A stretch of 47,426 nt of DNA. Source: Gammaproteobacteria bacterium. Lineage in GTDB: Bacteria; Pseudomonadota; Gammaproteobacteria; JAADGQ01. Location of the stretch: assembly GCA_013152295.1 (NCBI GenBank), contig JAADGQ010000103.1, positions 2,381 to 49,806 on the forward strand, read 5' to 3'. The notes beneath the pieces are model-generated. The model saw only the letters and a list, made by a program, of their open reading frames with translations. It had not been told where the DNA came from and searched no databases. Below are positions 28,915 to 40,975 of this stretch, one piece after another. Every line of letters begins with the position of its first letter. Position 1 is the first letter of the stretch. Both the position numbers and the translations under genes were made by a program.

Positions 28915-30111
28915 ATGACTAAAACCACAGCAGTTATCTTGCTGACACTGTCAGTCGCCTCTCCGTTTGCCAGCAGCCTCGCAGGCAACAGCGCAAGCTC
29001 TGTGCAACTGCATGGCTTCATCAGTCAGAGTTACACACGCACATCCAACAACCGATTCTTCGGGGAGAGCGAAAACAACGGCAGCTTTGACTTCAGAGAG
29101 ATGGGCATCAATATCTCGGCACGACCCTCTCCCGACCTGCAGCTGGCCGCACAGCTCACCTCACGCAAAGCAGGCAAAAGTGACGACGGTGATGTACAGC
29201 TCGACTATGGATTGATGGATTACAGCTTTGCCGCCAATGAAACAGCGCGCTATGGAATGCGTCTTGGTCGCCTTAAAGTACCGCTGGGCCTATACAACGA
29301 GACCCGTGGTGCGCCGATGACCCGTGCTGGTATTTTGCTGGCTCAGTCCATCTACTTCGAGCGCTCGCGTAATGTCGCACTCTCCGCCGATGCGGGCGAG
29401 CTCTACGGCGAATACCGAGGCACCTTTGGGCAACTATCCGCACAAGCTGCGGTGGGCCGACCCAATGTTGTTGACCCAGACATCGAAACCGCACTGTTTA
29501 AACGCAACCAACCTGGAAGGCTGGAGGATGACATCGCCTACTCCGGTCGTATCATGTACGAAAACAGCGCCAGCACCCTGCGCGCGGCACTCAGCCATCT
29601 GCGTTTGTATATCCCCTATAACGCTGCTCCTGGCGATCCACTCGGCAATGGTGAAATTCGTTTTATCCCTTGGGTGCTCTCGATGCAGTACGACAGCGAA
29701 TTTTGGACACTCACGTCGGAATACGCTATCCGTCGCTTTGAATATTCACAGTTTGCCGCTTTTAATGACTTCGACATCAATGGGGAGAGTTACTATATCC
29801 AGGCTCAATATCACATAGCACCACGTTGGCGAGCACTGCTGCGCTACGACGTACTCTACAACGATGCCAAAGATCGCGACGGGCACGCCTTCGCAGCGAA
29901 CCCTGCGAATCGCGGGGTGCCTGCTTACAGCCAATTTGCCAAGGACTGGGCGATTGGCCTGCGCTGGGATGCACACCGACACCTGATGCTTAGAGCTGAA
30001 TACCATGACATCAACGGCACAGGCTGGCTACCCAACAATGACAACCTGATTCCCGCTGCCACACAAAAACATTGGAATCTGTTCTTGCTGTCGGCGACAC
30101 TCTATTTTTAG
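28915..30111 (+). CDS. Putative outer-membrane beta-barrel (porin-like)
   Basis: Signal peptide, LHGFISQ, GRLKVPLGLYNETR, alternating beta strands and a terminal ATLYF beta-signal. Confidence 0.8.
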   Translation: MTKTTAVILLTLSVASPFASSLAGNSASSVQLHGFISQSYTRTSNNRFFGESENNGSFDFREMGINISARPSPDLQLAAQLTSRKAGKSDDGDVQLDYGLMDYSFAANETARYGMRLGRLKVPLGLYNETRGAPMTRAGILLAQSIYFERSRNVALSADAGELYGEYRGTFGQLSAQAAVGRPNVVDPDIETALFKRNQPGRLEDDIAYSGRIMYENSASTLRAALSHLRLYIPYNAAPGDPLGNGEIRFIPWVLSMQYDSEFWTLTSEYAIRRFEYSQFAAFNDFDINGESYYIQAQYHIAPRWRALLRYDVLYNDAKDRDGHAFAANPANRGVPAYSQFAKDWAIGLRWDAHRHLMLRAEYHDINGTGWLPNNDNLIPAATQKHWNLFLLSATLYF

Positions 30112-30170
30112 CCGGTAGCAGGCCGTTGAAAAGCTCACACCACCACGGCTTCACTATATGGCGCGGCAGT

Positions 30171-33071
30171 ATGAAAACGGGCAAAACTTCATCACCAACG
30201 ACACGATTCCTCAGCCTGAAATGGCAGGCAGTATTGTTGGTGAGTATCGTATTGGTTGCGGTGAACGTGGCGATCTCACTTCTCAGCTACCACTCACTGT
30301 CAGACCAGTTCGAGCATGAACGCACGGTCGCCCAGCAACGCCATGCACAACAGCTCAGCGGACTCATCAAGCAATCTGAGCAGAAGCTGCAACAGCTTGG
30401 TGACATGCTACCCACCTTTGATGGCATCAAAGCAGCTCTTGCCAAAGGTGATGCTGATCTGATCAGCAATCAACTCGAAAAACACTGGCCAACACTACAT
30501 ATCGATCTGGGCATTGACAGTGTTGCTTTTTATGGCAACGGCAACCAACTCATCACATACAAAAACACCAAACGACAAACACCGATCAAACAGAGTCTGT
30601 CTGAACTTGTCAAAGCTGCTAACGACCGTGAAACACCAGCGGCACTGCTGAATTGCAATCATGGCTGCCTCCAGTACGTAGCCGTACCACTGCTGATTGA
30701 TGGTAAAAAAGTAGGGGTTGTCACCCTGGGCATCTCTCTTGCCGACCTGCTGCTCGGGTTTCAGCAGATAGCCAATGCCGACATCGCGATCATCAACACC
30801 GTGGCACCGCAACAAGGCAGCCCGGCAGAGGAGCCTGTCGATCGTGCCATTCCCGCTTGGGGCCGCCATGTAGAGGCGCTGACTCACGCCGAAAAAACGC
30901 TGCGAATTATTCGCCTCGCTGCCAAAAAATACCCAGCACTTTCGAGCGCACAGTTTCGCATTCGCGATCCGGCATCGGACCAGCACTATGAGATAGCATT
31001 GATACCACTGGCGGCTTACACGCAATCCCAACCAACTGATATCGCCATCATCGCCAATATCAGCGGCGCGCTAAAACAGATTCATAGCGCCGTTCAGCAG
31101 AGTGTCATTATCGGGATTATCAGCCTAGCGCTGTCCGAGTTGGTGCTACTTGCGCTGCTCTGGGTGCCTATGGCACGCCTGAGAAACATGGCTGAAACCT
31201 TGCCACTGCTGGCACGCAGTGCCTATGCAAAAGCACGACACGCCATTGCCCGACCTGCTGAAAGACAGTGGCTCGCTGACGAGATCGATCTGCTCGGCGA
31301 CAGTACGATCGAACTCTCTCACCAGCTGGAAGATCTGGAAAATCAGGTTGAACACCACACCCACTCATTAGCAGAAAAGATCGGCGAGCTCGCCCACGAA
31401 CGAGACTTCGTGCAGGACCTGCTCAACACCGTGCAGGTCATCATCCTCACCCAAGACAGCGAAGGTCGCATACTGCTGATCAATGACTACGGTCAGCGTT
31501 TAATCGGTTACAGCCAGCAGGAGCTGCATGGGCGCCGTTTCACCGAACTACTCGCTGACGATGGCGCACTCTCCACATGCCGCATCAAAGTAGAAGAGGT
31601 GATTAGCGGACGCCAGACGCAAACCCAGCAGGAGTGCGTCATCACCTGTAAAAACGGCACATGTCGAAATATCGCCTGGTTTCACTCACACCTGACCAGC
31701 GAACAGAAACGGGGGCAGACACTGCTCTCAGCCGGACTGGATATCACCACACGAAAACAGGCCGAGTCACGACTCGCCTGGCTGGCCGACCACGACCCGT
31801 TAACAATGCTGCCCAACCGTCGCCGACTGCAGGAGGAGCTCGCCATCATGTTGACACTGGCCGACCGCCACAAACACACTGGGGCGCTGCTATTTATTGA
31901 CTTGGATCAGTTCAAATATGTAAATGACACCAGCGGCCATCACGCTGGGGATGCACTACTGAGAGAGGTCGCCACTACCCTGAAACAGCTGCTGCGCAGC
32001 TCGGATATCGTTGCTCGACTGGGCGGTGACGAGTTCGCTGTCATCGTCCCGGAGATCAATGAAAAAGGAGCCGTCCAGGTTGCCCAAAAAATTCACGAAG
32101 ACCTCGCGACCATTGAGTTCCCTGTCCATCAGCGCGCCCACAAAGTCACCGCTAGCATCGGCATCGCCATGTTTCCGGCTCACGGTGCCCAACCTCACAC
32201 CCTGCTAGCCAACGCCGACCTAGCCATGTACCACGCAAAAGGGGCAGGCAGGAACCGCTCACACCTATTTTCTCCCGATGAGAAAGCCCGCGAACGCATG
32301 CAGGCTGACATAGATTGGCAGCAACGCATCGAACATGCCTTGAATCACGGTGGCTTCACGCTGCTCTACCAGCCGATCATGGATCTATCCAAGGAAAATA
32401 TCTCTCACTACGAAGTGTTGCTGCGTATGCGTGATAAAAACAGCGCTCTGCTAGCGCCGCAATCGTTCATCGAGGTTGCAGAGCGTAATGGTCAAATACG
32501 CGCTATCGATCATTTTGTATTAAAGCGGGCGATCACCCAGCTTTCAAAAATCACCACCAAACGGAATGATGTCACCCTCTCCATTAATCTCTCCGCCCAT
32601 GCTTTCGATGATCCCGAACTGCTCTCTCTGCTTAAAGGGCTGCTTGAAGAGACCTCCGTCCCCCCCAAGCAACTTGTTTTTGAGATCACTGAAACGGCTG
32701 CTCTCGCCGACATCATCGCGGCTCGTGACCTGATGATTGCCATTCGTAGGCTGGGCTGCCAATTTGCGCTGGATGACTTCGGTGTCGGCTTCTCCTCCTT
32801 CCACTATCTCAAGGAGCTACCCTTTGACTACGTCAAGATTGATGGCTCTTTCATTCGCAATTTGTCACAAAACAGGGATGACCAAATATTGGTAAAAGGT
32901 ATCTGCAGCGTAGCAGAGGGCTTCGGCAAAAAAATCATCGCCGAGTTTGTGGAGAACGAAGAGACGCTGGAACTGCTCAGAGAGTTCCAGGTTGATCTGG
33001 CTCAGGGCTACCACATCGGTGCACCTATCGATACAGTCCCTGATGACAACCGCTACCCAACCATCCATTAA
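30171..33071 (+). CDS. Membrane diguanylate cyclase/phosphodiesterase (periplasmic Cache-like sensor, HAMP-like, PAS, GGDEF, EAL)
   Basis: Two TMs, a PAS domain, HDPLTMLPNRR, RSSD I-site, RLGGDEF, EVLLRM, DDFGVG, KIDGSF, EFVE and QGY. Both catalytic domains look intact. Confidence 0.93.
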   Translation: MKTGKTSSPTTRFLSLKWQAVLLVSIVLVAVNVAISLLSYHSLSDQFEHERTVAQQRHAQQLSGLIKQSEQKLQQLGDMLPTFDGIKAALAKGDADLISNQLEKHWPTLHIDLGIDSVAFYGNGNQLITYKNTKRQTPIKQSLSELVKAANDRETPAALLNCNHGCLQYVAVPLLIDGKKVGVVTLGISLADLLLGFQQIANADIAIINTVAPQQGSPAEEPVDRAIPAWGRHVEALTHAEKTLRIIRLAAKKYPALSSAQFRIRDPASDQHYEIALIPLAAYTQSQPTDIAIIANISGALKQIHSAVQQSVIIGIISLALSELVLLALLWVPMARLRNMAETLPLLARSAYAKARHAIARPAERQWLADEIDLLGDSTIELSHQLEDLENQVEHHTHSLAEKIGELAHERDFVQDLLNTVQVIILTQDSEGRILLINDYGQRLIGYSQQELHGRRFTELLADDGALSTCRIKVEEVISGRQTQTQQECVITCKNGTCRNIAWFHSHLTSEQKRGQTLLSAGLDITTRKQAESRLAWLADHDPLTMLPNRRRLQEELAIMLTLADRHKHTGALLFIDLDQFKYVNDTSGHHAGDALLREVATTLKQLLRSSDIVARLGGDEFAVIVPEINEKGAVQVAQKIHEDLATIEFPVHQRAHKVTASIGIAMFPAHGAQPHTLLANADLAMYHAKGAGRNRSHLFSPDEKARERMQADIDWQQRIEHALNHGGFTLLYQPIMDLSKENISHYEVLLRMRDKNSALLAPQSFIEVAERNGQIRAIDHFVLKRAITQLSKITTKRNDVTLSINLSAHAFDDPELLSLLKGLLEETSVPPKQLVFEITETAALADIIAARDLMIAIRRLGCQFALDDFGVGFSSFHYLKELPFDYVKIDGSFIRNLSQNRDDQILVKGICSVAEGFGKKIIAEFVENEETLELLREFQVDLAQGYHIGAPIDTVPDDNRYPTIH

Positions 33072-33117
33072 TAGCCTGTTAACACAATTGGATTATCACA
33101 GCCAAAGGAGCCGCGCC

Positions 33118-33834
33118 ATGAATGAAAATGTAATAAGCCAGGATCCCTCCTCCTTTCAACCATCCAGCCAATTCGCAACAACACAGGACGAAAGACGGCA
33201 ACGAGAAAACGACAGGCGACAACAAGCGCGCGGTGACCGACGCACCGGCGATGATCGGCGCCTTATCAGTCGCGATGGCCTAGTCGTTCGCACCGTTGAT
33301 GGCGATGATGAGCTGGATCAAGTCTATCGATTGATCCACGATGCTTACGTCGAACAGGGCTACTGTCAGCCGCGTGCCGATGGCAGACTCATCTACCACG
33401 AAACCCTGACTCGCTCTCCACAAACTCACGTCCTGCTGGCAAAAAAAGAGGATGAGGTGGTCGGCACTCTGTCTGCCACCCTAGAAGGCCCACTGGGATT
33501 GCCATTGGACCCAGGCTTCCACACAGCCCATAAACGTATCGCGCGCGAAAAGCGAGCACTGTCGGTTATCTGGAGGCTGGCAACCCACAGGGATTACCGC
33601 CAAAATCAGTTCGTTGTCATGGAGCTCATCAAACTGGCGGTCCTGTCATCAATCCAACATGGCGCTATCACCGCCCTGTGCGTGTTTCACGACCATCATG
33701 AAAAACTCTACCAACGGCTGTTCAAGATGGAGTCGATGGCCCGCTGCAATACCGTGGATGGGTTTAATAACGAAACATTCGTCATGATGCGCTGCGACGC
33801 AGAAAAATGTCCGCCACGCTGGCTGCCCAACTGA
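33118..33834 (+). CDS. FeeM/N-acyl amino acid synthase-like GNAT protein with N-terminal (D/E)RR repeats
   Basis: ATG after AAGGAG. Motifs VYRL.HDAY...GY, VVGTLS, GP.GLPLD..F, WRLAT and HH...Y.RLF. Confidence 0.7.
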   Translation: MNENVISQDPSSFQPSSQFATTQDERRQRENDRRQQARGDRRTGDDRRLISRDGLVVRTVDGDDELDQVYRLIHDAYVEQGYCQPRADGRLIYHETLTRSPQTHVLLAKKEDEVVGTLSATLEGPLGLPLDPGFHTAHKRIAREKRALSVIWRLATHRDYRQNQFVVMELIKLAVLSSIQHGAITALCVFHDHHEKLYQRLFKMESMARCNTVDGFNNETFVMMRCDAEKCPPRWLPN

Positions 33835-33885
33835 AAGGGGAAATCGAATTACTGACCGACACGCCCACCATCTGCGAACAAAAAG

Positions 33886-33914
33886 TTGTCACACCCCGTG
33901 AACCTACGTAGAAT
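33886..33914 (+). promoter_or_regulatory. Sigma70 promoter of the rpsP operon
   Basis: TTGTCA-N17-TAGAAT. Confidence 0.7.
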
Positions 33915-34059
33915 GGCGCGATTTTTCCGGGCATGCTCGTTGGGCAACGGTGAAAGTAGTGAAAACGAGAAGGGCCTTGCCCTCAGCCAGCAGCGAAAGC
34001 GCACTTGGCCCTGACTGCAGTTAAACATTAGACATTCTTTATATAGAGGAAGAAAACAC

Positions 34060-34338
34060 ATGGTAATCGTTCGTTTGGCTCGCGGTGGTGCAAAGAAGGC
34101 TCCTTTTTACAGCATCGTCGTTGCCGACAGCCGTTTCCCCCGCGATGGCCGTTATATCGAAAAGATCGGTTTCTTTAATCCTGTCGCCAAAGAAGGGACG
34201 GAGCGCCTGCGTGTCAACCGCGAGCGTGTTGAGCACTGGCTGTCACAGGGCGCTCAACTCTCTGATCGTGTTGCCACGCTGCTGAAAAGCAACGCTGATG
34301 CAAAAAGTGACGAGAGCAGCGAACCTGCGGCGGCTTGA
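34060..34338 (+). CDS. rpsP: 30S ribosomal protein S16
   Basis: [36 protein letters not shown]. Confidence 0.98.
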   Translation: MVIVRLARGGAKKAPFYSIVVADSRFPRDGRYIEKIGFFNPVAKEGTERLRVNRERVEHWLSQGAQLSDRVATLLKSNADAKSDESSEPAAA

Positions 34339-34880
34339 AGCCATCTGATTTAGCACTGCCAACGACGGCCAAGCCATCCGATCAGCAACGTATTACGGTA
34401 GGACGGCTGGGTGCCCCGTATGGCGTAAAAGGCTGGCTAAAGGTTAGCTCATACACTCAGCCCAACGACAATATTTTCAGCTACTCACCGTGGCAGGTAA
34501 AGTTGCCCGAAGGCTGGCGCACCGTCAACTACAGTGGCGGCAAGCAGCACGGCAAAGGCTTGGTCGTTCAGCTCGATGGTGTCGATGACCGCGATGCGGC
34601 AAGCCGTTATTGCGGCTTGGATATCGTTATATGCAGTGATCAGCTGCCACCGTGCGAAACCGACGACTACTACTGGAGTGAGCTGATTGGTCTGAGTGTC
34701 GTCACTCGCGACGGTGTTGAGCTAGGTACAATCCAGTCACTGCTGGAGACTGGTGCGAACGATGTGATGGTCGTTAAAGGTGAGCGCGAACGCTTGATCC
34801 CTTACCTCTTTGGCGATGTCGTGGTAAAAGTAGAGGTGGATAACGGCGTCATGCAGGTCGATTGGGATGCAGACTTTTGA
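34335..34880 (+). CDS. rimM: Ribosome maturation factor RimM
   Basis: [27 protein letters not shown] and VDWDADF. Confidence 0.97.
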   Translation: MKPSDLALPTTAKPSDQQRITVGRLGAPYGVKGWLKVSSYTQPNDNIFSYSPWQVKLPEGWRTVNYSGGKQHGKGLVVQLDGVDDRDAASRYCGLDIVICSDQLPPCETDDYYWSELIGLSVVTRDGVELGTIQSLLETGANDVMVVKGERERLIPYLFGDVVVKVEVDNGVMQVDWDADF

Positions 34881-34885
34881 CGCAG

Positions 34886-35647
34886 ATGCGGATTGATGTC
34901 ATCACGCTGTTTCCGCAGATGTTCGACGCGGTGACAGCGTTCGGCGTCACCGGCAGGGCAGTAAAACAGGGCATTGTGGACGTTGCGCTGTGGAACCCGC
35001 GCAACTTTAGCCATAATCGCCACCGCACGATAGATGATCGTCCGTACGGCGGCGGACCCGGCATGGTGATGATGGCACCGCCGCTGGGTGACGCTATCGA
35101 GGCGGCTAAAGCTGCCTCTGGACAAAAGACTGCGGTGATCTACCTGACGCCGCAGGGCAAACGTCTCAATCAACACGACGTACAGGAGATCGCCTCACGA
35201 CCAGGGATGATTCTGCTGGCAGGTCGCTACGAAGGCATTGATGAGCGGCTGATCAGCTCGCATGTGGATGAAGAGTACTCCATCGGCGACTACGTCTTGA
35301 GTGGCGGTGAACTGGCAGCAATGGTGCTCATCGATGCGGTGAGTCGGCTACTACCAGGGGTGCTGGGGCACGATGAGTCAGCGCAGCAGGACTCGTTCAG
35401 CGACGGCCTGCTCGACCATCCGCACTACACGCGGCCAGAGTCGGTAGCAGGCGTTGCGGTACCGAACGTGCTGACCAGCGGCGATCACCGCGCCATTGCG
35501 CAGTGGCGCAAAAAGCAGGCGGTCGGCCGCACTTGGCAGAAACGCCCTGATCTGCTGAGCAGTGCCGACCTTGATGCTGAGGTCAAACAGCTGTTGGATG
35601 AGTATATTGAAGAATTTGAGGGTCATTTTGAGGGTAACAAGAAGTGA
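34886..35647 (+). CDS. trmD: tRNA (guanine37-N1)-methyltransferase
   Basis: [31 protein letters not shown] and PHYTRP. ATG at 34886. Confidence 0.98.
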   Translation: MRIDVITLFPQMFDAVTAFGVTGRAVKQGIVDVALWNPRNFSHNRHRTIDDRPYGGGPGMVMMAPPLGDAIEAAKAASGQKTAVIYLTPQGKRLNQHDVQEIASRPGMILLAGRYEGIDERLISSHVDEEYSIGDYVLSGGELAAMVLIDAVSRLLPGVLGHDESAQQDSFSDGLLDHPHYTRPESVAGVAVPNVLTSGDHRAIAQWRKKQAVGRTWQKRPDLLSSADLDAEVKQLLDEYIEEFEGHFEGNKK

Positions 35648-35828
35648 CCTGATAACTGCTTAACGTGTTGAATTGATCAGCACCAAAACACATTGAGCAA
35701 GCAATAATGGGCAGGTAAAAAAAGGTTGTGTACAAACCCCGCACTTCTGCGCACAACGCGTCACGAAGGCAGTGGTTTCTCTGCACTGCATATAAATCAC
35801 AAACTTGATCGTTACGGGAAAGTAGACC

Positions 35829-36173
35829 ATGAGCAATATCATCGCAAAGATTGAAGCCGAACAGTTAAAGAAGGATATTCCTGAGTTCGCACCTGGGGAC
35901 ACCGTTGTTGTCCAGGTCCGTGTAACAGAGGGCTCACGTGAGCGGCTACAAGCCTTTGAAGGCGTCGTCATTGCCAAGCGTAATCGCGGCTTGAACTCTG
36001 CATTCACGGTGCGCAAAATCTCTCACGGCGAAGGTGTTGAGCGCGTTTTTCAGAGCCACAGCCCAATGATCAGCAGCATCACCGTCAAACGCCGTGGTGA
36101 TGTGCGCCGCGCAAAACTCTACTACCTGCGTGATCTGCGCGGCAGGGCGGCACGCATCAAAGAGAAGCTCTAA
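35829..36173 (+). CDS. rplS: 50S ribosomal protein L19
   Basis: [23 protein letters not shown] and RRAKLYYLR. Confidence 0.98.
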   Translation: MSNIIAKIEAEQLKKDIPEFAPGDTVVVQVRVTEGSRERLQAFEGVVIAKRNRGLNSAFTVRKISHGEGVERVFQSHSPMISSITVKRRGDVRRAKLYYLRDLRGRAARIKEKL

Positions 36174-36289
36174 CGCCCCAGCTTCTCGGGAATACCGAAA
36201 AGCAACAAGGCATGGCATCAGCAGGGGTGACAAAACTCACCCCTGCACTGCCAACCACTCCGCATTCAAGCCTGTTACTCTTGCGATTT

Positions 36290-38125
36290 ATGCGCTTTAA
36301 CCACCTGCTCCCGCCTCTTGCGCTCACACTGATCTTGGCTGCTGGCCTTGCATCGCACACGAGCCACGCTGAGAATACCCCCCCCACTGAGCAGAACCCA
36401 TCTGCCCTAAACGCTCTCGCTGAAGCAGCTTCATTTGCTCGTAGCGGCGCGATTAATCTTGCACTGGCCCAACTAAACCAACTGCAAGCGGCATCCATCA
36501 GCAGCACTGACACCTGGCTGCAAATTGAACGCACACGCCTGGAGATCTACCAGCAGCAAGGCATGTGGCCAGAGCTGACACGACGTTACCGACAGTTACC
36601 CGATGATCTGCCTACCGACTTTTCGCGCTGGGCAAGCACTGAATACGCTGTCGCGCTGATAGAGCTGGGCGAAGTGAGCGCAGCTCGCGACACCCTGCTG
36701 AGACTCATCTGGTCTGGATCCCAAGGTCTCGATGAAAATCTGTTCAGCCGCTGGCGAGCGCTGCTGATCCAGAGCTATCTGCGTGAAGACAACAGAGAGG
36801 ATGCCCATATCGCGCTACGCCGCTTTGAGCAGGATTACGGTGCAAGTTACCGCGACACTGCGCAGCTTTACACACGCCTGTGGTTAGTGGAAGACAAACC
36901 CAAACAGGCACTGCGCTACCTCGATGGCCCACAGAGCGGCTCTGGCTCCGAACCCAACGCCACAGCGCTCGCGCTATTGGCACAACTGCGCAGCAAACAA
37001 TCTCTGCCCGAGGTCGTTTTGAAACGGGCACTGCAGCAGCTGCAAGATCACAACATTCACGCCCCATCGCAACACGCCGCATTGGCACTGCTGTGGCTCG
37101 TCATCGCCGAGGCGGCGCAATCCAGCGGTGACGATCTCCGTTATCTTGACGCACTGGAGCAGCTGCTTGGCTTGCGCCGCAATGGTCGTCCAACTGACTT
37201 GCTAGTTCACACCACCCCCGAGCAGCTCTGGCAAGCCTATCTGGATAGCGCCCAGCGCGTCAGCAACCAGGCACAACTGCTGATCGGTAGTTATGAACCG
37301 TGGTACGCGTTAGCCGAATCGCTGTTGCATGAAAAACCACAACACGCCCGTGCGCTATTAGTCGAGTTAATTCTTAACAAAGCAGTTAACGAAAATTTAA
37401 TGCGCCGCGCTGAGAAACTGTTTTTCCGCTCACTGGGCAGCGCAGCAAATGGTCGTCAAATTCTCAACGCGCTCTACCTCAACAGTGAGCGCTACCCCAA
37501 CCCTGAGGCACTGCCACCCACTGTCCTCCACGGCCTGATTCAACTCGCTCTGAACAGCGCCGACATAGCGTTGGCATTTCGCCTTGCGGGTGATTTTCAG
37601 CGCACCCCCGAAGATGCCAACATCATCGACTGGAAGATTTTACAAACGCGCCTGCTCATCGTTGCCAAACAGAGCGAGCAGGCTGCCATACTGCTTGATG
37701 CATTGGTACAACAGCAAGAGCAGCTTGACAAAAATCAGCTGAATGACCTCTATGTTGCAATAGGTGACCTGCGCGCCAGCGGCAAGCGCGACGACAGCAT
37801 CGCGCTATACCACACGCTTGTACGCGGCAAACTGCCAGCTACCCTGCGCCACAACTTGCTGTTCGTACTCGGCGAACTGCACGAATCCAAAGCGGACTAC
37901 CGGCAAGCGGCGCGCTTCTACCTGCGTGCCAGCGAGCAAACACCCCCATCAAGCAGTGAACAATATAGCGCCGCCATCCGCCAACGTGCGGCAAAAATGC
38001 TCGGCATGGGCGGCTACAAAAACGACGCCAGAGCCCTCTACCGTGCATTGATGGAAGGGACACACGACGCTCAAGAACGCACGCTGTTGCAGAGTGAGTT
38101 TCAGCAGCTCGGTTACCTGCCCTAA
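36290..38125 (+). CDS. Exported all-helical TPR-like protein of unknown function
   Basis: Long ORF with a signal peptide from ATG 36290 ([27 protein letters not shown]) and Ala/Leu/Gln-rich TPR-like helices. Confidence 0.75.
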   Translation: MRFNHLLPPLALTLILAAGLASHTSHAENTPPTEQNPSALNALAEAASFARSGAINLALAQLNQLQAASISSTDTWLQIERTRLEIYQQQGMWPELTRRYRQLPDDLPTDFSRWASTEYAVALIELGEVSAARDTLLRLIWSGSQGLDENLFSRWRALLIQSYLREDNREDAHIALRRFEQDYGASYRDTAQLYTRLWLVEDKPKQALRYLDGPQSGSGSEPNATALALLAQLRSKQSLPEVVLKRALQQLQDHNIHAPSQHAALALLWLVIAEAAQSSGDDLRYLDALEQLLGLRRNGRPTDLLVHTTPEQLWQAYLDSAQRVSNQAQLLIGSYEPWYALAESLLHEKPQHARALLVELILNKAVNENLMRRAEKLFFRSLGSAANGRQILNALYLNSERYPNPEALPPTVLHGLIQLALNSADIALAFRLAGDFQRTPEDANIIDWKILQTRLLIVAKQSEQAAILLDALVQQQEQLDKNQLNDLYVAIGDLRASGKRDDSIALYHTLVRGKLPATLRHNLLFVLGELHESKADYRQAARFYLRASEQTPPSSSEQYSAAIRQRAAKMLGMGGYKNDARALYRALMEGTHDAQERTLLQSEFQQLGYLP

Positions 38126-38156
38126 GCCGCTACAGTACGTTACACAACATTTAATC

Positions 38157-38597
38157 ATGAAAGACAGCGTAGAGATCTATACAGATGGCGCATGCCGTGG
38201 CAACCCTGGCAAGGGTGGCTGGGGAGCGGTGCTGCACTGCGCGGGCAGCGAAAAGCAGCTCTATGGTGCAGAGCAACACACCACCAACAACCGTATGGAG
38301 TTAATGGCCGCCATCATGGCGCTTGAAAGCCTCAAGCGCGCGTGCACAGTCGATCTGACAACGGACTCCCAATACGTCCGCAAAGGGATGACGGAGTGGA
38401 TCGATAACTGGAAAAAACGTGGCTGGAAAACCGCAGCAAAAGCACCTGTAAAAAATGGCGACCTGTGGCGCCGTCTCGACGCTGCTGCAGCTCGCCACCA
38501 GGTTCAATGGCACTGGGTCAAGGGCCACTCTGGCCACCCGCAAAACGAGCTGGCAGACACCCTTGCCAACCGCGCCATTGATGAGATGCAGGCGTAA
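38157..38597 (+). CDS. rnhA: Ribonuclease HI
   Basis: [29 protein letters not shown] and [14 protein letters not shown]. Confidence 0.98.
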   Translation: MKDSVEIYTDGACRGNPGKGGWGAVLHCAGSEKQLYGAEQHTTNNRMELMAAIMALESLKRACTVDLTTDSQYVRKGMTEWIDNWKKRGWKTAAKAPVKNGDLWRRLDAAAARHQVQWHWVKGHSGHPQNELADTLANRAIDEMQA

Positions 38598-38653
38598 TCA
38601 AATCTCTGACTGTCGCAACTTGAAACTCTGTTTTTGACCCCTATATCTGCTCG

Positions 38654-39286
38654 ATGCAACAACAACATGAAATAACATTAGCCCTTGCCGGTGTCTTTCA
38701 GGCCGCCGGCCTGGTGCAGAAAATCGCCCGCGAAGGCAACGCCAGCCAGTCACGCATCGAGACCTGTGTGCAGAGTATTTTTAATACCGACCCGGAGAAC
38801 GTCTCCGACGTTTACGGTGGCACCTGCAAGGTGGTCAATGGCCTTGAGCTGATTCGCGATGTCTTTGGTGCCAAAAAAAGAACCCAGGACTTTGAAGTGA
38901 CCCAATATGTCATTTCACTCCTGCACCTTGAGCGACAACTCGCCAAAAAGCCCGCAATTCTCGATCAAATTGCCGCTGGCGTAGAGAAAGCCAGAGGACA
39001 GGTCGAGCATTTCACGATCACCCACGATGTGGTAATGGCCAGTCTCGGCGAGCTCTACAGCAATACCATCAGCACACTGTCGCCGCGCATCTTGGTCAAT
39101 GGCGATGAAGTTCACCTATCGAACCCCAACAGCGCCAACAAAATTCGCACCCTGCTGCTGGCGGGAGTCCGCTCGGCCGTGCTCTGGAAGCAGTGCGGCG
39201 GCAGCCGCCGACAGCTGCTGTTTCGGCGCAAAAAGGTGATCGGAGATGCCGAGTGCATTCTCCACGAAAGCTGCCACATCCCCTAG
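38654..39286 (+). CDS. hflD: High frequency lysogenization protein HflD
   Basis: LALAGVFQAA.LV, Y..TISTL.PRI.V.G and IR.LLLAGVRSAVLW.Q.GG; upstream of purB. Confidence 0.95.
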   Translation: MQQQHEITLALAGVFQAAGLVQKIAREGNASQSRIETCVQSIFNTDPENVSDVYGGTCKVVNGLELIRDVFGAKKRTQDFEVTQYVISLLHLERQLAKKPAILDQIAAGVEKARGQVEHFTITHDVVMASLGELYSNTISTLSPRILVNGDEVHLSNPNSANKIRTLLLAGVRSAVLWKQCGGSRRQLLFRRKKVIGDAECILHESCHIP

Positions 39287-39297
39287 CAGGTTGTTAA

Positions 39298-40743
<1,446 letters not shown>

Positions 40744-40801
40744 CAACACAACCGCATATCAGTGCACCCAAAACGGATGCCGATGCAAATCAACTCAGCG
40801 C

Positions 40802-40828
40802 TAAACATATCCCTCTAGCAGCCGATAA
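40802..40828 (+). promoter_or_regulatory. Sigma28 (FliA) promoter
   Basis: Exact TAAA-N15-GCCGATAA. Confidence 0.75.
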
Positions 40829-40975
40829 CCAAGGATGGTTGGCTGCATGAATGATTCAGACGCTCAAACAACGACACACCTGGATCACTCCTGTATTTAA
40901 AAATAGCCTTGCATAAGGACAAATAGGGCCGCAGCCAGCAACATTTACCCAAAGCTGATTGCAAGCGAGCTGCCC

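Noticed and set aside
32947-33117. N-terminal extension of the FeeM-like ORF overlapping the EAL gene
   Set aside because: A clear AAGGAG SD precedes ATG 33118, and the extension overlaps the upstream CDS in another frame.
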